The translations under genes and the position numbers were made by a program. Positions 26,478 to 31,275 of a stretch of 31,275 nucleotides of DNA are shown piece after piece. Origin of the DNA: an uncultured archaeon (GTDB lineage: Archaea > Thermoplasmatota > Penumbrarchaeia > JASLWR01); assembly GCA_964342815.1 (NCBI GenBank), contig CAYFHS010000033.1, positions 16,597 through 47,871 on the forward strand. Reading direction: 5' to 3'. Numbering within the stretch: position 1 is the first letter of the stretch; each line of letters opens with the position of its first letter. The notes beneath the pieces are model-generated. The model was given only the letters and a program-made list of their open reading frames with translations, was not told the DNA's origin and searched no databases.

Positions 26478-27719
26478 TCATTCATTTATCGATTTTGACC
26501 GTTTTCGGTATCCCCAAGCGATCCCCCCCATCAAAAAGCATACTCCGGCCACAGCTCCAATGATTAGATAAGGAAATGCCCGGGGTGGAAAACCTTTAGG
26601 AGAATTTGCAATGATATCGGCGTCAATATAACTTGTCTCATTCGTGATATGAACCCAACCAACGACACACATTTTATCTCCTGACCAATAATCCCTATCG
26701 TAATTATGGTATCCCATGTATATTGTATCTTTTTCTTCAACAATTATTTGAATTGAATCGGTATTGTCTGTCAAATTAAAATCCTTTATTTTCCACTCGG
26801 TTTTTTTACTTCCGGGATTGGCTACTATCAGAACTTCTTTATCTAAAGAACTTACAGTCCCAAATATCTTTACATAAGTACCGTTTTCAATTTTTTCGAT
26901 TTTTGTTGTTTTCATATAATATGCATCATATTCATTTTTCTCTGTCATCACATAGGCGATCCCCGATACAAGAATAACACCAAATAAAAGAATTATTCCA
27001 AATGTTGTTATTTTGTTCAGATATGCGTATTTGCGGCTTTTTTCACTTTTATCGACTGAATTTGAACCGATATCCAGATGAGGGGATAGTGCTTTTTCAA
27101 GATTATGGAAAGGATTGGGTACTTTTCCCGGAGACGTTATAGATTTACTGCTTTTGTAGACCTTATCCCATTTGATACCCAGCATTTGTTTCAAAGCGGG
27201 AATTACTTTTTCTTCTCGATCATAAATAAAATAAATATTTAATCCGTAATTCACTCTGTTTTTGAAGAGTTTCTTCGTTATCTTGAGTCCTTTATTAAAT
27301 TTCGAAAGTGTAAATGGATATATCGCTAGAATTTGATCTGAAAAGGTGAAATTGAGAAACCCACGTTTTATTCCATTATCATAGATTTTCAAGCGTCTTT
27401 TTATGTTTATTACATAAAGAAATGGACTGGAAAAGGCAGATAATAGAAAAATCCAGAGAAAAATCTCTGCCGGATATACGAAATATAGAAGGAAAGAAAT
27501 GATTGAAATAATGCCAAGTGCAGGCACGAAATATTTTATGGCAATCATATCCGTTTTGTATAATAATTTTCCTTTTCTGCCAAAACTGCTTCTGTAAGGA
27601 GTAATAATACTGTGGAGATCATTCCCATATTTTTCCCGTAACTTTTTTGTTTGATATCGACCTTGAAAATAAAATAATATTTTTACAATAAGAAGGGCTC
27701 CAATAAAACCTCCTGCCAA
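26478..27719 (-). CDS. AT-rich membrane protein with extracytoplasmic OB-fold-like domain, function unknown
   Basis: Several TM segments; 'GTYVKIFGTV...DFNLTDNTDSIQI...GDKMCVVGWV' is OB-like. The frame extends to ATA at 27755 behind a GGGGGT SD. Confidence 0.7.
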   Translation of the reverse strand: MAGGFIGALLIVKILFYFQGRYQTKKLREKYGNDLHSIITPYRSSFGRKGKLLYKTDMIAIKYFVPALGIISIISFLLYFVYPAEIFLWIFLLSAFSSPFLYVINIKRRLKIYDNGIKRGFLNFTFSDQILAIYPFTLSKFNKGLKITKKLFKNRVNYGLNIYFIYDREEKVIPALKQMLGIKWDKVYKSSKSITSPGKVPNPFHNLEKALSPHLDIGSNSVDKSEKSRKYAYLNKITTFGIILLFGVILVSGIAYVMTEKNEYDAYYMKTTKIEKIENGTYVKIFGTVSSLDKEVLIVANPGSKKTEWKIKDFNLTDNTDSIQIIVEEKDTIYMGYHNYDRDYWSGDKMCVVGWVHITNETSYIDADIIANSPKGFPPRAFPYLIIGAVAGVCFLMGGIAWGYRKRSKSINE

Positions 27720-27995
27720 AAGTAGAATGACTAATAATGTTGGGCCAATATCTATTTATATACCCCCATACAAATTAACGTTCCAATCCTATTTATGTGT
27801 TGTAGTTTTGATTCTACGGTTGATATTAAGGATTATGTGAAGGGGGATTACCAATAAGATTTTTTCCAATTATCATTACTCAGAGAGATTGGATCCAATC
27901 TGTTACCAACACCTAAGTATCAAATCAAAAAGTCCCAGCAACAAAAGAAACGATTTAAGTAATGTAGTCATTCACCCCGAAACGAGGAAACGTCC

Positions 27996-29546
27996 ATGTA
28001 CGAAAGACACGATTTCTACAATGCAACCGATGATTTCATCGACCGAAATGTGCGAGAAGGCCGGGGCGACCACACTGCTCTCATATACGACGGCAGGAGA
28101 TACACCTACAGCCATCATCAAAAATTCGTGAACAAGACGGGAAATGCCCTGAAGGCCATGGGTATTGACATCGGCGACCATATTCTTCTTCTGATGCACG
28201 ACAGCCCCGAGTTCGTGGAAACCTTCTGGGGAACCATCAAGATCGGGGCCATCCCCATACCCCTGAACACCATCCTGCAGCCGGAAGATTACGAATATCT
28301 TCTGAACGATTCCCGCGGCAAGGTTCTCGTGGTACATGAATCGCTGCTTCCTAAGATCGAATCCATCACCGGAAACATCAACTTTCTGCGGGATATGGTA
28401 GTGATAAAGGAAGGCGGAGGCGCAAAACTTCCATATAACCAGATATTCAAACGGGCTTCCTCGATACTCGAACCGGCTCCCACCACCTACGACGACGTTG
28501 CCTTCTGGCTCTACAGCTCCGGCAGCACCGGGTTTCCCAAGGGAACTGTCCACCTGCAGCACGACATGGCCCATTCGGCGGATTCCTACGCGGGAAACAT
28601 CCTCGGTATCACCGAGGACGATATCATATTTTCGGCTTCCAAGTTGTTCTTTGCATACGGTCTGGGAAACAGCATGTATTTTCCGTATCATGTGGGAGCA
28701 TGCTCCATTCTGTATCCTGCAAGACCCGTGGCCAGCGCCATATTCGATGTGATCGAGAGGGAGCGGCCTACCATCTTCTTTGGAGTGCCGACGCTCTACA
28801 ACAACATGCTCGTGCACTACCGGGAAAACGCTCACAAGTACTCACCGGAAATTATGTCATCCGTAAGGCGCTGCGTATCTGCCGGCGAAGCGCTTCCCCC
28901 AAAGATATTTAAGGAGTGGAAGGACACCTTCGGCCTGGAGATACTTGACGGCATCGGTTCCACGGAGATGTGCCACATATTCATATCGAACCGTCCCGGT
29001 ATGGTCAAAACATCATCTACGGGAATGGTGGTTCCCGGTTACGAGGCAAAAATAGTGGACGAGGATTGGAACGAGCTTGCCACGGGAGAGATCGGAAATC
29101 TCGTTGTGAAGGGAGACAGCTCAGCAATATATTACTGGAGAAATCATAAAAAGACACAGAAGACCATGGTGGGGGAGTGGATCAACACCGGCGACAAGTA
29201 CTGCCGGGACGACGAAGGTTATTACTATTACGCAGGTAGATCTGACGATATGTTCAAGGTCGGCGGCATCTGGGTGTCGCCGTTCGAGGTTGAGAGTGCA
29301 CTCATCGAACACTCGGCGGTCTTTGAATGCGCCGTGGTGTGCTCGCCCGATGCCGAGAACCTCATCAAACCAAAGGCCTTTGTGGTGCTGAAGGAAAATA
29401 TATCGGCCTCAGATGAACTTGCTGAAGAGCTGAAACTTTTCGTGAAATCTAAAATTGCGCCCTACAAATATCCGCGGTGGATAGAATTCATAGAAAACCT
29501 GCCAAAAACGTCTACCGGAAAGATAACTAGGTATAAACTGAGGTAA
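27996..29546 (+). CDS. Benzoate-CoA ligase family acyl/aryl-CoA synthetase
   Basis: 'FWLYSSGSTGFPKGTVHLQHD', 'SASKLFFAYGLGN', 'SAGEALP', 'DGIGSTEMCHIFISN', 'TGDKY', 'GRSDDMFKVGGIWVSPFEVE', 'PKTSTGKI'. Confidence 0.9.
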   Translation: MYERHDFYNATDDFIDRNVREGRGDHTALIYDGRRYTYSHHQKFVNKTGNALKAMGIDIGDHILLLMHDSPEFVETFWGTIKIGAIPIPLNTILQPEDYEYLLNDSRGKVLVVHESLLPKIESITGNINFLRDMVVIKEGGGAKLPYNQIFKRASSILEPAPTTYDDVAFWLYSSGSTGFPKGTVHLQHDMAHSADSYAGNILGITEDDIIFSASKLFFAYGLGNSMYFPYHVGACSILYPARPVASAIFDVIERERPTIFFGVPTLYNNMLVHYRENAHKYSPEIMSSVRRCVSAGEALPPKIFKEWKDTFGLEILDGIGSTEMCHIFISNRPGMVKTSSTGMVVPGYEAKIVDEDWNELATGEIGNLVVKGDSSAIYYWRNHKKTQKTMVGEWINTGDKYCRDDEGYYYYAGRSDDMFKVGGIWVSPFEVESALIEHSAVFECAVVCSPDAENLIKPKAFVVLKENISASDELAEELKLFVKSKIAPYKYPRWIEFIENLPKTSTGKITRYKLR

Positions 29547-29559
29547 AGGATCGTAAAAA

Positions 29560-30618
29560 TCACTTTTCTATCACACCGGTTATGGTGGCAGCCTTCCTGG
29601 CGGCCTCCTCGCTGATACCGGGTCCCAGTATCGTGAAGCGCTCAGGTCTTATCTTGGGCGCGTCCACGATAGCTTTTACAACCATATCGTCAGGGATCTC
29701 CAGCTCGGCTGCAGTGGTGGCAAGACCTATCTTTTTCATGGCATCTCTCGTGAAAAGCCAATCCTCCCCGTGAAGATACATCATTATAATGCTGCCCAGG
29801 GCGCACTGCTCCCCGTGCAGGGCAGGTTTGTCCAGGATATGGTCGAGAGTGTGCGAGAACATGTGCTCAGCTCCGCTGGCCGGGCGCGACGATCCTGCTA
29901 TTGCCATTGCCACTCCGCCACCTAACAGAGCCTTTACCACCTTCCATGCCGATTCCTCGAGGCCCTCCTTTATGAACTCCGCATCCCGTATCAACAGCTC
30001 CGCGCTCATCTTCGCAAGCACAGCTGCATAGCTTGAAAAATGCTCGTTGGTCAATCGGTGAGATAGTTCCCAGTCCTTCACTGCCGAATAATTCGATATG
30101 ACGTCACCGTAGCCAGCAGAAAGCAATCTGAACGGGGATTTGGCAATGATACCTGTATCAGCTAGCAGCGCAACGGGGGGTCTCGCTTCCATGGATTTTG
30201 CTCTACCACCCTGATGAATGGAGGCTCTCCCGGATACTATCCCGTCATGAGAGGCCGCAGTGGGTACCGATATGAACGGAAGCCCATTGGTAAAAGCAGT
30301 GTATTTTGCAACGTCGATGGACCTTCCACCGCCTACCCCTATGGTGAATCGAGCATTCTGTTCCTTTATAACACGGTTGGTTCCGCTGATACTTCCTTCA
30401 TTGGCTCCGCTGATCTCGTAAAGACGGATCTCGTAGCCGTGTTCAACCAGCTGGTCACGAAGAGAGGATGCAGCGACCTTCCTGGTGACCGGATCACAAA
30501 CGATGACAGCATTTTTTTCCAGTTCCAACTCATCAATTATTCGGGCGGCATCATCCAGGATATTTTGTCCAATATGAACTGCTCTTGGTAAAAGAATGGA
30601 CAGCGTTTTTGAAAAAAT
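29560..30618 (-). CDS. egsA: NAD(P)-dependent sn-glycerol-1-phosphate dehydrogenase
   Basis: 'GVGGGRSIDVAKY', 'FISVPTAASHDGIVS', 'LSAGYGDVISN', 'SSRPASGAEHMFSH', 'LHGEQC', 'RPERFTIL'. The conserved N-terminal 'LPRAVHIG' lies upstream of the track start (30528), implying an ATT start at 30618. Confidence 0.92.
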   Translation of the reverse strand: MFSKTLSILLPRAVHIGQNILDDAARIIDELELEKNAVIVCDPVTRKVAASSLRDQLVEHGYEIRLYEISGANEGSISGTNRVIKEQNARFTIGVGGGRSIDVAKYTAFTNGLPFISVPTAASHDGIVSGRASIHQGGRAKSMEARPPVALLADTGIIAKSPFRLLSAGYGDVISNYSAVKDWELSHRLTNEHFSSYAAVLAKMSAELLIRDAEFIKEGLEESAWKVVKALLGGGVAMAIAGSSRPASGAEHMFSHTLDHILDKPALHGEQCALGSIIMMYLHGEDWLFTRDAMKKIGLATTAAELEIPDDMVVKAIVDAPKIRPERFTILGPGISEEAARKAATITGVIEK

Positions 30619-30644
30619 AATATCACCAACTGTATTTGTTATTC

Positions 30645-30660
30645 TGAGAAAAATAAAAAA
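30645..30660 (-). terminator. Oligo-T tract after the 5S rRNA (archaeal-type terminator)
   Basis: Minus strand TTTTTTATTTTT immediately after the 5S 3' stem. Confidence 0.5.
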
Positions 30661-30663
30661 TGA

Positions 30664-30790
30664 ATGGTGGACAGCGAACCGAGGTTCCCATGAGCGCGAG
30701 CATCACAGTACCACAAGGAACGCGGACAGGCTTAACTTCTGGGTTCGGGATGTTACCAGGTGAGCCCTATCGCTCTGGCCGTCCTACCAT
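30664..30790 (-). rRNA. rrf: 5S ribosomal RNA (archaeal type)
   Basis: Sense: UGGUAGGACGGCCAGAGCG...CAUCCCGAACCCAGAAGUUAAGC...GUACUG...GGGAACC.CGGUUCGCUGUCCACCA; terminal stem closes. Ends approximate. Confidence 0.93.
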
Positions 30791-30839
30791 TCTAATGTGA
30801 AAGTTATCATACGCAATCTGTCAAACGGTTGAGTCGATA

Positions 30840-31275
30840 ATATGCAGCTGAGATGATTAGTAATTGCGAGCTGAATATCTCGGTCCTAGTCAACATTTTA
30901 CGGTTCCGGCTTTGGGCCGAAGCCCTCCGCTTTTCCCGCAAAAGAGGTTGGTAGGAATAATCCTCGATACTTACACACCAATCCTATTAACCCAGTCTTT
31001 TACTGGAATCTCAATGGCGCTTCTTTTCAGGGCGGGTTTCAGGCTTAGATGCTTTCAGCCTTTATCCCTTACAGCGTGGCTGCCCAGCGATGCCTTGCCA
31101 GACAACTGGTAGACTAGCGGCTGCGAGCCCTTGTTCCTCTCGTACTAAAGGGTCCTTCCCCTCAAGCGCCGAACACTTCTAGCGGGGAGCAACAAACCTG
31201 TCTCACGACGGTCTAAACCCATCTCACGATCCCTTTTAATGGGCGAACAACCCCACCCTTGGCAGCTGCTGCACT
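30840..31275 (-). rRNA. rrl: 23S ribosomal RNA, 3' part (continues beyond the window)
   Basis: Sense contains GGGUUUAGACCGUCGUGAGACAGG, the sarcin-ricin loop UAGUACGAGAGGAAC, GCUGAAAGCAUCUAAG, GUGUAAG...UUCAGC...ACUAAU. 3' end approximate. Confidence 0.96.

Noticed and set aside
27972-28835. 287-aa minus ORF
   Set aside because: Antisense to the benzoate-CoA ligase gene.
30884-30961. Archaeal bulge-helix-bulge intron in the 23S
   Set aside because: The junctions give a single 5-nt bulge rather than the 3-4-3 BHB motif, and there is no homing-endonuclease ORF; kept as an expansion segment or IVS.
30864-31112. 82-aa plus ORF
   Set aside because: Lies antisense within the 23S rRNA.
1-31275. 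CRISPR array, tRNA genes, transposases or integrases
   Set aside because: No regularly spaced repeat-spacer array, cloverleaf or DDE/tyrosine-recombinase motif recognised by eye.

Overview
Archaeal genomic window. Evidence: an archaeal-type 5S rRNA, the 3' end of an archaeal-type 23S rRNA, egsA (G1P dehydrogenase) and GGTGA-type ribosome-binding sites. The giant PKD/FN3 surface proteins with TM anchor and Zn-ribbon tails suggest Thermoplasmatota, but this is inference only. Layout: (1) 1-9.2 kb, two giant cell-surface proteins flanking a membrane protein and a small wHTH-like gene. (2) 9.8-16.8 kb, a bacterial-type ACP-dependent type II fatty-acid/polyketide cluster, which archaea are not expected to carry: acpS, fabZ-like dehydratase, Cys-less half-ketosynthase, FabF-like KS, two FabG-like SDRs, nitroreductase, an extended ACP behind a structured RNA-like leader, and a tetraether-synthase (Tes/GDGT-MAS)-like radical SAM enzyme. 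This is the top candidate for an undescribed system, possibly coupling acyl-chain synthesis to radical C-C bond formation. (3) An alpha/beta hydrolase and an FtsX-type ABC permease. (4) A sulfur/selenium-relay operon: radical SAM-SPASM-TusA fusion, YedF, cysteine desulfurase, DUF3343. (5) An AT-rich island with an AbiE-like wHTH/nucleotidyltransferase pair. (6) Benzoate-CoA-ligase family gene, egsA with a probable ATT start, 5S rRNA, and a 23S rRNA 3' end carrying a ~78-nt insertion in helix 101. All family assignments come from motif recognition by eye; no database searches were run.
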